A stretch of 64,000 nucleotides of DNA. It comes from Macrostomum lignano (lineage: Eukaryota). Below, piece by piece: positions 23,578-36,180 of the stretch. The notes under the pieces are model-generated. The model saw only the letters and a program-made list of their open reading frames with translations. It made no database searches and was not told where the DNA came from. Each line of letters starts with the position of its first letter. Position 1 is the first letter of the stretch. The stretch lies in contig NIVC01001166.1 of the NCBI GenBank assembly GCA_002269645.1, positions 186,001 through 250,000 of the forward strand, written 5' to 3'. The position numbers were made by a program, and so were the translations under genes.

Positions 23578-24030
23578 TGACGTCACCCAATGAGTAAAAT
23601 TAGCTTAAAAATATTATAATATCTAGCTCGTATTAATAATGACGTCATCTGCAACACTTTTAAGTTATTAAAATCGCAAGATCAGGCTAATGAGGTGATA
23701 TCACTGTACATAATGATGCAATCGCCATAAGATGACGTCATGATATATTTTGTGACGTCATCTAATAGCAGGGCGTTCACTAGGGCGTTCAATAGCAGAT
23801 GACGCGGCTAGAATTCTGACATAATTGCTTTAGTCAACGTCATGATGACGTCATCCCAATAGGTGATAGTGACGTCATCGCACGGTGTGATGTCCTTTTA
23901 AATTGTGACGCAATCGCATTAGGTGACATCATTAAAATTTAGTGGCGAGGGTGGCACTAACATGCGGTATTGCTACTGTAAAACCACTCGACTCAAAAAA
24001 ACGTTACAAGCTGAGCGTGCGATGACGTCA
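23578..24030. promoter_or_regulatory. Cluster of seven perfect CRE palindromes (TGACGTCA); function unproven
   Basis: TGACGTCA at 23578, 23640, 23733, 23753, 23846, 23870 and 24023, plus near matches. Confidence 0.45.
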
Positions 24031-24043
24031 TGGGCCGGCTGTC

Positions 24044-27000
24044 TTAAGCTTTCTTTGAAGTTTCAGCCGATGTTGTCGGCGCGTCCAAAGCGGCTGTCGG
24101 AGCCGACGTCGAAGCCGACGACGTCGACGCCGAAAAAGACACTGACGCGGGCACGTCCTCGTGGGCGCTCTCCTTGATTGACATCTTCTTGGTGCGCAGA
24201 TCTGTCTGGGGCAGGTCGGCCGGGCTGGCGCTGATCTGGCCGCCGACTGATTTGAGAAACTGCGCCACCGGCAGGTGGTGAAATCGCTCGGCCTCCGCTA
24301 GAGGCGTGAAGCCCCAGCGATCCTTCGGGTTGATGCCGACCTCGCAGGTGTCAACTAGGAAGGTGACAACCTCCAGGTGGCCCTCGGCGGCAGCTACGTG
24401 CAGAGCGGTTCGACCGTCGTAGTCGGCCTGGTTCATATTGACCCCCTGGAGGAATACTCGCCTGCGGACGGGTGAGGGGGGTAAAAGTAATGAGAGCTGA
24501 TGGATTCTGAGGCCTGCTTTTCAATGTGAAGATTCTGGATCAACTGAAGGACAAAAAGGGGGCCAGCGGCGGCGGCTCAGAAAGACTGAAAGGACCTCAG
24601 GAGGGTTTGATGGCGGCCCAGAAAGACTGAAAGGACCTCAGGAGGGCTTGATGGCGGCCCAGACGGAAAGGACCTCAGGAGGGCTTGATGGCGGCCCAGA
24701 CGGACTGAAAGGACCTCAGGGGGGTTTGATGGCGGCCCAGAAAGACTGAAAGGACCTCAGGAGGGTTTGATGGCGGCCCAGAAAGACTGAAAGGACCTCA
24801 GGAGGGTTTGATGGCGGCCCAGAAAGACTGAAAGGACCTCAGGAGGGTTTGATGGCGGCCCAGAAAGACTGAAAGGACCTCAGGAGGGCTTGATGGCGGC
24901 CCAGAAAGACTGAAAGGACCTCAGGAGGGTTTGATGGCGGCCCAGAAAGACTGAAAGGACCTCAGGAGGGTTTGATGGCGGCCCAGAAAGACTGAAAGGA
25001 CCTCAGGAGGGCTTGATGGCGGCCCAGAAAGACTGAAAGGACCTCAGGAGGGCTTGATGGCGGCCCAGAAAGACTGAAAGGACCTCAGGAGGGCTTGATG
25101 GCGGCCCAGAAAGACTGAAAGGACCTCAGGAGGGTTTGATGGCGGCCCAGAAAGACTGAAAGGACCTCAGGAGGGCTTGATGGCGGCCCAGAAAGACTGA
25201 AAGGACCTCAGGAGGGCTTGATGGCGGCCCAGAAAGACTGAAAGGACCTCAGGAGGGTTTGATGGCGGCCCAGAAAGACTGAAAGGACCTCAGGAGGGTT
25301 TGATGGCGGCCCAGAAAGACTGAAAGGACCTCAGGAGGGCTTGATGGCGGCCCAGAAAGACTGAAAGGACCTCAGGAGGGTTTGATGGCGGCCCAGAAAG
25401 ACTGAAAGGACCTCAGGAGGGCTTGATGGCGGCCCAGACGGAAAGGACCGTACCTAAAGGACAACAAAAATACTTACCTAAGCGCCGTGATGTCATTGTT
25501 GGAGGCGGAGAACAGAATGGACACAACTTCGCTACTCTGAGTCTCCACGTGGGCCCGCCTCGGGTCCAGCTTATCCTGGGTGTAAATTAACGAATCGTAA
25601 TTGTGAAAGTTGAACTTGGCTACCAGCTCCTTGCAGAACTGGATGCCCCGGCAGGAGTTGCCCTGCTTATCCAGCGGCGGAGACCAGAGCGCGATGCCCA
25701 TGAGGTTGGGGATGACCAGTAGGATCACGCCGGACACGCCTGACTTGGCCGGCAGGCCGCACTTGAAAGCGAATTGGCCGCTGTAGTCGTACATGCCACA
25801 GCTGTGCATGAGGGACAGAGTGTCCCGGACGGCCTCCGGGACAGCACCGGCTCGCCAGTGAGCGGGCAGATGCCTCCATTAGCAAGAGTGCCGGCAATGA
25901 CGGCGGCTGATTCGCAGTTGACCTCGACTGAGCAGAGCTGAAAGTAGAAGTCCAGAGTCTCCTTCAGATTGGTGCCTGGCGGGAAGCAGCCGTTCTCCTT
26001 CATGTAGTAGGCCAGGGCGAAGTTCCTGTCCGCGGTTTCGCGTTCCGATAGAAATGTGGGATTGTTGAAGCCCAGGTATTCGTTGCCGGCCATGCGCTTG
26101 TACTCCTGCGGCGGGGGGGGATAAATGATGGCTGATCTCTTGGATAAAGACTAGGCCAAGGAAATTTAGATGCAAACAGGAGAATCCAAACAGAAATACA
26201 AAGATGGATGGAACAGACATTAAAACACAAAACAAAGAATTCACATACGAGATATAAAGAATAGCGCACACGACTAGCCAAACAAAGACTACTCATATAG
26301 GCAGGAGTAGTGCACACGACTAGCCAAACAAAGACTACTCATATAGGCAGGAGTAGTGCACACGACTAACCAAACAAAGACTACTCATATAAGTAGAAGT
26401 AGTACACACAAGCCAAACAAAGACTACTCATATAAGTAGAAGTAGTACACACAAGCCAAACAAAGACTACTCATATAAGTAGAAGTAGTACACACAAGCC
26501 AAACAAAGACTACTCATATAAGTAGAAGTAGTACACACAAGCCAAACAAAGACTACTCATATAAGCAGAAGTAGTACACACAAGCCAAACAAAGACTACT
26601 CATAAAGGTAGAAGGATTAGTGTACACGTCAAGGCGGAAAAGCTAAACAAAGACTATTAAGTGAACAAAATCAAACAAAGACTTGGCTTAGTAAAGAATC
26701 AATAGTCTCATCGGCCTAACCTGCATAACATAATCGAATCTATCTGCCAGATGTTCCATCCGTCTAATCAAGCTGCAGATGATAATGGATCCGCTATTAA
26801 CCATGGGATTATGCGGTCGCTTGTTGTCGTTCAGAGCGATAGAATTGAAGCTGATGCCGGACGGCTCGTAGCCAACCGACTTGTGCACCTCGTCGCAGCC
26901 GAGCTCGGTGAGCGCGATGGCGTAATTCAACGGCTTGCTAGTCGACTGCAGACAGAACGGCACATGATAGTCGCCGCAGTTGAACCGCTGGCCGTCAATG

Positions 27001-27511
27001 GTGCAGATGGACACGGCCAGTAGTTGGGATCGAAGCGGGCCAGCTGAGGGATGTAACTGGCCGGCGCGCCTTCCCGATTGTCGCGGCAGTTCTCAAAGAT
27101 GGCTTTAATGTGGTGCGTGAACTCGTGGAACTCCGGTATGACAAAGTCGTTCTGCAGGATAGTCAGCAGCATGATCACATTGTCGCGTACCACCTCGGTG
27201 AAGGTCTTCTTGTCAAGGAAAAACGAGTTCTTGGCGTCGTCCTCAGATTTGATGCTGCGCTTCTGCAGATTCTGGATGTTGCGAATGCATTCCTTGAGCC
27301 TGGGGTCGGTCAGCTGGATCCCGGCGCCCTCGATGGTGCTCAGAATCCGACTGATCGACACACGATTTCGGTTGCGATCTTTCAGAATTTCAAATACAGT
27401 CTCGCACGCGTTGGCCGACTGGATTTCGCGCGATTTTCGCTCGTTCTCGTCGCGAAATTTGCGCACGTCCTCAGTTGAGAGGCTGGACGAACGGCGCAGC
27501 GGGGTCTGCAT
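24044..27511 (-). CDS. GLS: Glutaminase (GLS-type) with C-terminal ankyrin repeats. Exons 27511-26721, 26105-25478, 24461-24044; two 1-nt frameshifts in this sequence
   Basis: Motifs [36 protein letters not shown] (catalytic S-x-x-K), [50 protein letters not shown] and ankyrin [16 protein letters not shown]. Exons 1 and 2 are each exactly 1 nt short of phase compatibility. Confidence 0.95.
24560..25452. repeat. 41-bp minisatellite in the last GLS intron
   Basis: Unit GAAAGACTGAAAGGACCTCAGGAGGG(T/C)TTGATGGCGGCCCA, about 21 copies. Confidence 0.97.
26270..26615. repeat. 43-bp minisatellite in the first coding GLS intron
   Basis: Unit CAAGCCAAACAAAGACTACTCATATAAGTAGAAGTAGTACACA. Confidence 0.93.
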
Positions 27512-28289
27512 TGCCGCGACTACAGCTGCGGGAAGAATTGCCGATTGAAAACAAGGAACAGTCAGCTAGCCGAGACTGGGCGTTTGCTTTAGGAAAAGAA
27601 ACACCGCAACAGGGCAAGGGCTTAGAAATTTTATACTTAGCCGGACACAGACTATTAGTCAGCGTGTCGGGGATGTTCAATAACAGCTGACACACAGGCA
27701 CAGGCCTCTGTCTCTCTCTCTGGCGGCCCATGCGACATTTAACACTGGTGGAGAATCAAAGCGAAGGCAGATTCCAGCAACCCAAATTTCCTAAGCTAGT
27801 TGGTCTAGCTTCGCCCCTATCTTACTAGAGTATTGTGAATAGTCTGGCTGGCTTCTTCTGAAGTACTAAGTTCCCAGCTGCTTTGGTTGTTAAGTTATAA
27901 ATACGAGCATTAGAACAAATGGCATATCTTACCCATAATTATTGACTATTTTTAGCTTTGTAATTAACAAACAGATGGACAGACAGGAGTCAGTTGTAGA
28001 GAAATCTTTTGCTGATTGATCGATTTGAGAACTGCCGCCTAGAAGTTTTTATAGAGACACACGCAGGATAGATAGGGGAAGGAACAGGAAGGAAAGAGAG
28101 GGAAAAGTAGGGGGGGGGAGCATACTTCAGGCCAGTGCGCGCCGACAGCCAATCAAATCATAAACGGAATCCTCGGGATTTACAGCGCCGCGAAGCCGCA
28201 CACGCAGGCCGGCAGAAGACGGAAGGGCAGGCAGAGTGAAGAAGCTTTCAGCTTAGTAACAATTCTAACTTCAAGAGACTTTAAGGCTC

Positions 28290-28294
<5 letters not shown>

Positions 28295-28349
<55 letters not shown>
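28295..28349. repeat. (CT)n microsatellite upstream of GLS
   Basis: Direct reading. Confidence 0.95.
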
Positions 28350-28353
<4 letters not shown>

Positions 28354-28799
28354 TCCCTTAAGCTGCTCTGAGCACGGAATGTTAATGCGATGAGACGGAA
28401 ATATGCATATTAGAGGCCGAAAACTAGAATATTGAATTGCTAAATCTAGTAGTAAGTAGGGATTCGAGTTAGTCAGGCTGCTGACAGGGGCGGAGGGGTG
28501 GCTGTGTGGGTGTGCACAGCAGTACAAAGCCGCTTTGATTCTGTACAGAACTAATCGCCTGTAGATCTGGCTGTGGCCCATCTATCTTTCTCACAGCAAA
28601 GGATAACAGTTGCATTCCTTTAATCTGTATAGCATGGAATACTAGGCCTTGGCAACTGGATTGACTGCGAAACTTTTCCCGGGAGAAAAGATCAAATATT
28701 TCACACTCCGTGCAGTTCTTTCACCTCGTAAAAATTGAATATTCGTAAATGGGCCTGGATAGGGTGTATGATGTTTTAGTCTCTTCATGCCTTGGCGTC

Positions 28800-29705
28800 A
28801 TAGTGTCTTAGTGCCTTAGTGTCTTAGTGTCTTAGTGCCTTAGTATCTTAGTGCCTTAGTGCCTTAGTATCTTAGTGTCTTAGTGCCTTAGTATCTTAGT
28901 GCCTTAGTGTCTTAGTGCCTTAGTGCCTTAGTATCTTAGTATCTTAGTGTCTTAGTGCCTTAGTGCCTTAGTATCTTAGTGTCTTAGTGCCTTAGTGTCT
29001 TCTTAGTATCTTAGTGTCTTAGTGTCTTAGTTTCTTAGTGCCTTAGTGTCTTAGTGCCTTAGTGTCTTAGTATCTTAGTGTCTTAGTGCCTTAGTATCTT
29101 AGTGCCTTAGTATCTTAGTATCTTAGTGCCTTAGTATCTTAGTGTCTTAGTGCCTTAGTATCTTAGTGCCTTAGTATCTTAGTGTCTTAGTGTCTTAGTG
29201 CCTTAGTATCTTAGTGCCTTAGTCTTAGTGCCTTAGTATCTTAGTGCCTTAGTATCTTAGTGCCTTAGTATCTTAGTGTCTTAATATCTTAGTGCCTTAG
29301 TGTCTTAGTGCCTTAGTATCTTAGTGCCTTAGTATCTTAGTGTCTTAGTGTCTTAGTGCCTTAGTATCTTAGTGCCTTAGTCTTAGTGCCTTAGTATCTT
29401 AGTGTCTTAGTGTCTTAGTGCCTTAGTATCTTAGTGTCTTAGTATCTTAGTGCCTTAGTATCTTAGTGCCTTAGTATCTTAGTGTCTTAGTATCTTAGTG
29501 CCTTAGTATCTTAGTGTCTTAGTATCTTAGTGCCTTAGTATCTTAGTGCCTTAGTCTTAGTGCCTTAGTATCTTAGTGCCTTAGTATCTTAGTGCCTTAG
29601 TATCTTAGTGCCTTAGTATCTTAGTGCCTTAGTGCCTTAGTGACTTAGTGCCTTAGTATCTTAGTGCCTTAGTATCTTAGTGCCTTAGTGTCTTAGTGTC
29701 TTAGC
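28800..29705. repeat. 8-bp satellite between FRG1 and GLS
   Basis: Interspersed variants CTTAGTGC, CTTAGTGT and CTTAGTAT. Confidence 0.97.
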
Positions 29706-30533
29706 GCCGAGACTTCCAATTCAACTTGAAAAACCATAACAAAAACCACAGCTACAGGCTTTCTAATGATGAAGAAATAGTGGTCTTCAATCCGGACACT
29801 CAGATCGAGAAGTCCATGTTTGCAGAAGCCCCCCTCGAGAAGGTCAAGGGATTAGACTAGGAGAGCGCAAACATCGGGACAGAAATCAAAGAAGGCTACC
29901 CAAAGAGGAATTCGGAAATCCAAATGCACACCACCAGATGCAGGGATTAGACTAAATCTATCAAGCAAATATTTGGACAATGTTAAAATGACAAAGGCTT
30001 CAGTGTGTCCGCCAGCCCCAGCGAAGGCAGCAAAGTCCCATATAGGAACACGTCCTTAAAATTGTTTATTTAACGCACAATACTTTTTACAGTTTCTTAA
30101 AAACAAAAGAACTTGCGGATTGCGGAGTATATAAAGTTCGAAATTAAAGGCAGTCACAAAGCAAATAAATAAAGTTTACTGCATAGAATTGGTTATACAA
30201 TATATACCAACTTACATTACATTTGAACCAATGCAAAAATAGTCGATAGTCGATTCAGACATTCAGAAATACCAGATTAGATTAAATTTAAGCAATTGAT
30301 TACTTACACTACTAATGGTAGTAGCAATGACGGAAAGAAAAGTTAATAAAAACAACGCTGCTTGGTGAATGAAGAAGTGAAGAAGTGAAACAATAGGAAT
30401 AGCATCCTTTATCTCCCTAAACAATAATTTACACTGATATCAATTTTCTAAGTATTCCTGTTCAAACAGAATTAGTAAAGATAAGCAGACAGACAGACAG
30501 ACAGACACAGGCAGACAGACAGACAGTTGCAGG

Positions 30534-31373
30534 TCACTTGCAGAACTTGTCAGACTTCTGCTTCTCCCGCCTGTCCAGCATGGTCTCGTGCAGGCTGCCG
30601 TCCTTCTTAGCCCGCTTCAGGTCGGCCTTGTCCCCCTTGGAAAGCCGCAGCTTGCCGTCCTGCCAGCTCTGAAATTTTTTAGCGTAATTAACCTCGGCCT
30701 GCGCAACACCTTGGCGCTCCTCGGGCGCCAGACGCAGCTTGGGATCCACGTCCAGATTGGCGTTGCAGCGCAGAGTGACGGTGTCGGAGTCGCCGGTGAC
30801 TCGTTGGCTGCGGCAGGCCAGGCCGATTTCGTCGTGCAGGCCGAGAAAGCAGCCGTTGGCGCCCAGCAGGGCGGTGCGGCCGTCCTGGAACACCGGCTGC
30901 CACAGCTCCCGCGGCCCCATGGCGTCAGCCAAGCCAACAAGCCGGTCACCGTTTGAGTCCAGGCCGAGGAACTTGCCGTAGCCGGACTTCAAGCCCAGCC
31001 GGCCGTCTGGCAGCCGCATCGCCACCAGAATCTCCTCGGGCGAGGGGCCCTCGCCTGGCGGGTGGGCCGGACCGACTGCGAACCGGCCATTGTCCAGTGC
31101 TAGAGCGTACGAGTGCGGCTCCAGCTCGATAGCCAGGCTGCCCGTGGCCTCCTCAATGGTCGAGACCGCCCACCAGCCGCCATGGCTGGCCGTGTCCGCG
31201 GCGTCCTTGGCGCCGCCGCCCTCCGACTCGTCATGTCGCCGTTTTCGCTTGTGCTTCTTCTGCTTTTTTTGCTTGTCCGAGGAGCTGCCGCTGGCCGACA
31301 GTTTGTCCGATTTTAGGCGCAATCGGCCGGGCTTCACCTGAGCGTAGGCGCTACCGCTGCCGCCGGCGCTCAT
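30534..31373 (-). CDS. FRG1: FRG1 protein (spliceosome-associated, fascin-like beta-trefoil), intronless CDS, 279 aa
   Basis: Y..VK.G.L.LK N-terminus, KKHKRK NLS, HGGWW, GPSPEEI, LKSGYGKFLG, AMGPRELWQPVFQDG, YAKKFQSWQD, and the diagnostic C-terminus LHETMLDRREKQKSDKFCK. Confidence 0.95.
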   Translation of the reverse strand: MSAGGSGSAYAQVKPGRLRLKSDKLSASGSSSDKQKKQKKHKRKRRHDESEGGGAKDAADTASHGGWWAVSTIEEATGSLAIELEPHSYALALDNGRFAVGPAHPPGEGPSPEEILVAMRLPDGRLGLKSGYGKFLGLDSNGDRLVGLADAMGPRELWQPVFQDGRTALLGANGCFLGLHDEIGLACRSQRVTGDSDTVTLRCNANLDVDPKLRLAPEERQGVAQAEVNYAKKFQSWQDGKLRLSKGDKADLKRAKKDGSLHETMLDRREKQKSDKFCK

Positions 31374-32522
31374 GACTTACACTTCTGCGCTGCTTCTGGA
31401 GAGAAAGGTGAAAACATGCTATTAGCTGCCTTAAGAAGATGTAAAGGCAACAGCCAAGCCATCTAGTCCATCTCTTGGATGGGCCGTATCTACATGCACT
31501 TCCACACGTACCAATTCCGGTCTCTAACACGTGTAAAACCAATACAGTACGAATATTATCCTACTGTATCGCATTTGGGAGTTCAAAAAACACGCGGTAG
31601 TTTTTCCCTATTACACTTGAAAACCATAAAGCCAGAGAGAGAGAGAGAGAGAGAGAGAGCCTCGAATTCGCCTAACAAAACGAGAGCAGACATGCACTAG
31701 AGAATTTAGGCCTGAGCGAATAGCAAGCAGCAGTGATGGCAGGTAACGTTTGACTATAAAGCTTTGTTAATGCATTTTGCCTATTGTCTACTAGAACAAT
31801 AGAGAATCCAATTGAATAGATCTTCAAGTACCCAGCATATGGAGTAGGTTTGCTTTCGCATTCAGACGAGTGGCTCAAACATACCCTCTGCAATCTATTT
31901 GACCTCGATGGAGCGATACGAGCAACTCTTAAGATCTACCCGACTCTTTCCCGCAAATAGGCAATGCTTGACGCTATCTACAAGTAAAATGAAATTATCC
32001 GGGTTAGCAAAATACAAATAAAGAATGAAAAGCAGAATTACAGTGTGCTTGGTTCCTTCAAACGCAAACGCTAGCTGAGAGCTCCTATCGCAAAGTCAAC
32101 AGCTCCATATTGTTCACTCCGATGGCTTGGATTGGCTTTCACAGCGGCCAATAGAACCCCGGCGCCGCTTCTGATGCGCGGCTCCCCCTGGCACGCAGAT
32201 CGAAATAAATTATCAAAGAGAGAGAGCACCAAGTCCCGGCTCCTCATCCGGTTTTTCCAGCTCCCCTTCGGCAATAGGATTTTTCTTTTTTCTCGACTTC
32301 CTTTGCGTGTCTAAAGCTTAGCTGCTAAAGAAGCGATTGAAACAGACGTAGAGAGCCTGAAAAAAGTCTGACAAATCTAAATAACAGGATAGTGAGCAGG
32401 CAGAGATCGAAAGGGAAATCCGGAGACGGAAAGAGAAAGGCAGAGAAAAATAGCACAAGACTAATATTTAAAAAGGCTCCGCCTCGCAACAGCTGGACAG
32501 AAACGGAGGGGCCGTTTGGGAA

Positions 32523-35500
32523 ATGAAGGCAGAGCAGGACGAAAAGAAACAGAAGCAGCAGGAATTTCCGTGTGACCCACCAGCTGTCACAATTGCTAGC
32601 AGACAACAGCGCTATCATATGGACGAATTAAGTAAGTTGCCCCCCCCCCTTTTTAAGCAAAGGAGCTTAATCCATTTGTGGCAGAGCAGTCAAATTTAAA
32701 CCAAATTTATTCAATGAATATTGTCCCACATCAAGAACTGCCTAGTCTTGAATGAAATTTTATTGTGTTTTTTTCATTCCATTATTCGCATTTTCCTACT
32801 CCACATGGCAAATCGAAGATTGCCAGAAGCCGCGCCAGTCTGGCGCGAGAATTTCAAGCTCGTCAATTACATTGACTTTTGTCTCTATTGTTCTCAACGA
32901 ATCGGGCAAAAATAGCTAGCATGTCTTTGTCTCCAATCATATCCAATAGAAAATAATTTGAAGATTGCAACGCATTCCTTTTGTCTGCATTTTTGGCTAC
33001 GCGTTGCACTTTTGCGAGGCAAAAAAAGCTTCAAGCAAACCAAACCGGAGCGTTTGCTATCTGCTGCACAAAGCATTCACCATCTCACTCGGCATTGGTG
33101 GTTTCTTATAAATTCAAATGTTATAGTAAATACATCTAAACGTCACCTTCTTGAAAGAAATTTTTAACATTCAATTCAATACTTCATCGTTCAATTTAGA
33201 TCGACTTCTGCCGCTGCAAAATGTGGTCAGACGAAACGGCGATCTGGGTGTCAGCGGAGGAAGCGGTGGGGCCGGTGGTGGCGCCAGCAGCGGAAGCGTC
33301 GGTCGTCAATTTCAAAGCAGGCCGGATTTCTATCCAAATCCGTGGGTGCGCAGAAGCGAGCGCGACTTCGCTAGCGGCTATCGTTCGCCAGGACCAACGA
33401 AAAGAAATATTAGTCGCTGCTTCACTGAGCCGCCACAGCCAGGGGACTCGTCGGAATTTATGGAAATGTCGACTGAGCTCAATCAGCTACAAACAACATC
33501 AGTGCCTTCGAGAGATTCGCAGTGTCTACTAGGCAAAGAGGAACAACAACAGCTGGAGCTCCAACAGCAACCGCAGCAGAAACAAGCTGTTGCAAATGGG
33601 GAGTTGCTGCTACAGATAATCAAGAGAAACTTTATAAACTACTGCCAGACTACCTCCCTGCGAGGCGTGCCAAAGATTGTGAAAACTAACGAGAGACTGC
33701 TAAAGTATATTTGGATTATCTTCACATTCGCCTTTTTCTTCGGCTGTTTTACATGCCTAGCCCTAATTATCAACCAGTACCTGGCATATGACGTCATCCA
33801 TCAGCCGAAAACGATACGCAACTTTCCTGTGCAGTTTCCATCATTCACGGTGTGCAACACGCGGCCCCTATCGCAAGATGGCATCCATTTCATACACAGT
33901 CACAGTATGATGCTGCCCAAACAGTACACGTCAAATGTGTTTAGAGCGATTAGAAACACGCAAGCCAACATGAAAATGAATGACGCATCGAGTGAGTTCA
34001 ACGAGACTATCAAGGATGCTCTCAGCACCATATTCGACACCAAAGGATACTACGAGAATGTTCCGGCAGGAATAAACACGACACAATTCGGCCACACTTT
34101 AGACCAAACAATTCTTATTTGCGAGAGCACAATTCTAATCAAGGACTTTAAAAGATCCAAATTCTGTGAGACCATTGGCACCTGGACGCGAACTTACGAT
34201 AACAAATTTCTTAACTGCTACACGTTCACAGCGGGCGCCAACTACACCAACCGCATACTAACCGTGCGAATAATGGCTTACACAAACGAGAGGAATTTAA
34301 CCTACTGTCCCGATTGCAGTGAATTTCCCGCCACGCAGGTGTCCGGGCTACGGGTACAGCTGCATAACGCAGGCAACTATCCGGAGGTGCAGGAGGAGGG
34401 TTTAAACATCAAGCCGGGCAGCTTGACTGAGATTAGATTCGACACCAAGGAGTGGATGATGAAGGAGCCGCCGCACGGCCGTTGCTCAAAGGCTGTGCCG
34501 CCTTCTATGCTGTTTAGTCACAGCAACTTCACTTACAGCTACGAAGCTTGCAAGAAGAAGGTAAGTAAATTGTTTGCTTTGGGCAGCAGTCGCAAAATCA
34601 GAGGTTCGGTGGAATATAAAACTAGCCGCCATAGGATAAAAAGAAAACGCCGCAGCCGCAGTTGACTCAGACATGCAGAAAATCAGAGAAAAACCGAGTC
34701 CCGAGGCGGATTCGATAAAAAAATTTGTCGCGCTGCAGCCTGCAGATTGTACGCTCGAGCTATCTTGTGCTCCGAGTCCGTCAGCTAGAGAGAGTAGGAG
34801 CAGGAAAATTCAAACGAGGTTGTGGACTCGCCAGAGTAGCATGAAGAGTTGCGGTTACAAATTTTGTTAAACCATATGGCTGCAGTTTCCAAAGCCGCAG
34901 GGAAGGGTGTCCGCTTATATTAGGCTTGGTAGCGGGCTCCAAGGACACTTGCAAATTAAGTGAGGGTACCCGTGCCCACCTTCTTGAACAGGCGCGGCTC
35001 TGCACCGAAAGAAGTCCAGCAGCATAGGATAAGAGGATAGGAGAGTAGAGAGCGGGAGAGAGTGAGAGAAAAGAAAGGAAGGAGCCCCCTATATGAGAAG
35101 CCGTCAAGACAGCCAGCCAAAAAGAGGAATGGGAAGAAAATCTAGTAGATCCCTTAGACTTACGCAGGGGCAAAAGCCATGATAAGGGGATCGAGAGCAA
35201 AGCTAAGCCGAACGAAAAAAACGACGCACAAGACGAAAAAATTGCAGGAAACCAGGGACTGAGATTAGGGTTCTCCTGGGGAATTTCGGGCGTCAAATGC
35301 CCGAGGCTTTGTTCCTCTTTACTGCGCCATCTCCTATCTCGCACTTCTCCCTCTCAATTGACAGGTTCTGCACGAGCAAATCATGCGGAAATGCGACTGC
35401 CTGGACAGCACCATCCCGCTGCCAGATAGCATGTTGGACACCGGCCTGCACTACTGCGGTATGATTCCACCGCGCCAGTTTTCACTATACACGAATAGCA

Positions 35501-36180
35501 GTGTCATCGCCGCTCAGGATACGCCGTCTGCAAGACAGACTTTAGCAAGATATTACAACATCAGTGCGGACAGAGTCCAGCTGCCTAGCTTTATTAACAA
35601 TGCCGAATTTAAAGACTTTCTCCGACGCGTCACATGTAATATGGAGATCTTCAAGGTGGCGGGCAATGTGACGGACAAAGAATGCTTCACGCCTTGCACA
35701 TATTATACCTATGGCACAACCATAAGCACCACCAACTGGCCAACAAAAGCCTATCTATACGAAATCCTACGCGACTTTGAGCAGATGATGCTGCGAATCG
35801 ACAGCCTGTACAGAAAGGGAATAATGGCTAGGAATTCATCGTATCTGGACCCGGTGCACAGGCGGCTCAAGCAGATCTACGATCCCGTGTACACAGCCGT
35901 CAAAGACAATCCGCAGAAAGCGGAGCAGATGCTGGGCGACATCGATTACATACAAAAGAATTTCATCGAGATATTGATTAATCGAGGCAAATCCAACTTT
36001 GAAATCGAACGAATCGAAGAGAAGGCTGTGATCTCAATGACATCGCTGCTCAGTCAGATCGGTGGTCTGTTATCGATCTGGGTCGGACTGACATTTGTGT
36101 GCATAGTGGAGATTGTGGACATGCTGTACAACATTGTAACCATGTACAATCAGCAGAGAAGACTGGGCATAGTCAGTTAG
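32523..36180 (+). CDS. DEG/ENaC (ASIC/FaNaC superfamily) sodium channel subunit. Exons 32523-32631, 33200-34560, 35365-36180; about 761 aa
   Basis: Pre-M1 [15 protein letters not shown]1 [23 protein letters not shown], Cys-rich ectodomain (NCYTF, CKKK|[18 protein letters not shown]), TM2 [23 protein letters not shown]. Junction phases are consistent. Exon 1 was inferred from an ATG and a phase-1 GTAAGT donor. Confidence 0.92.
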
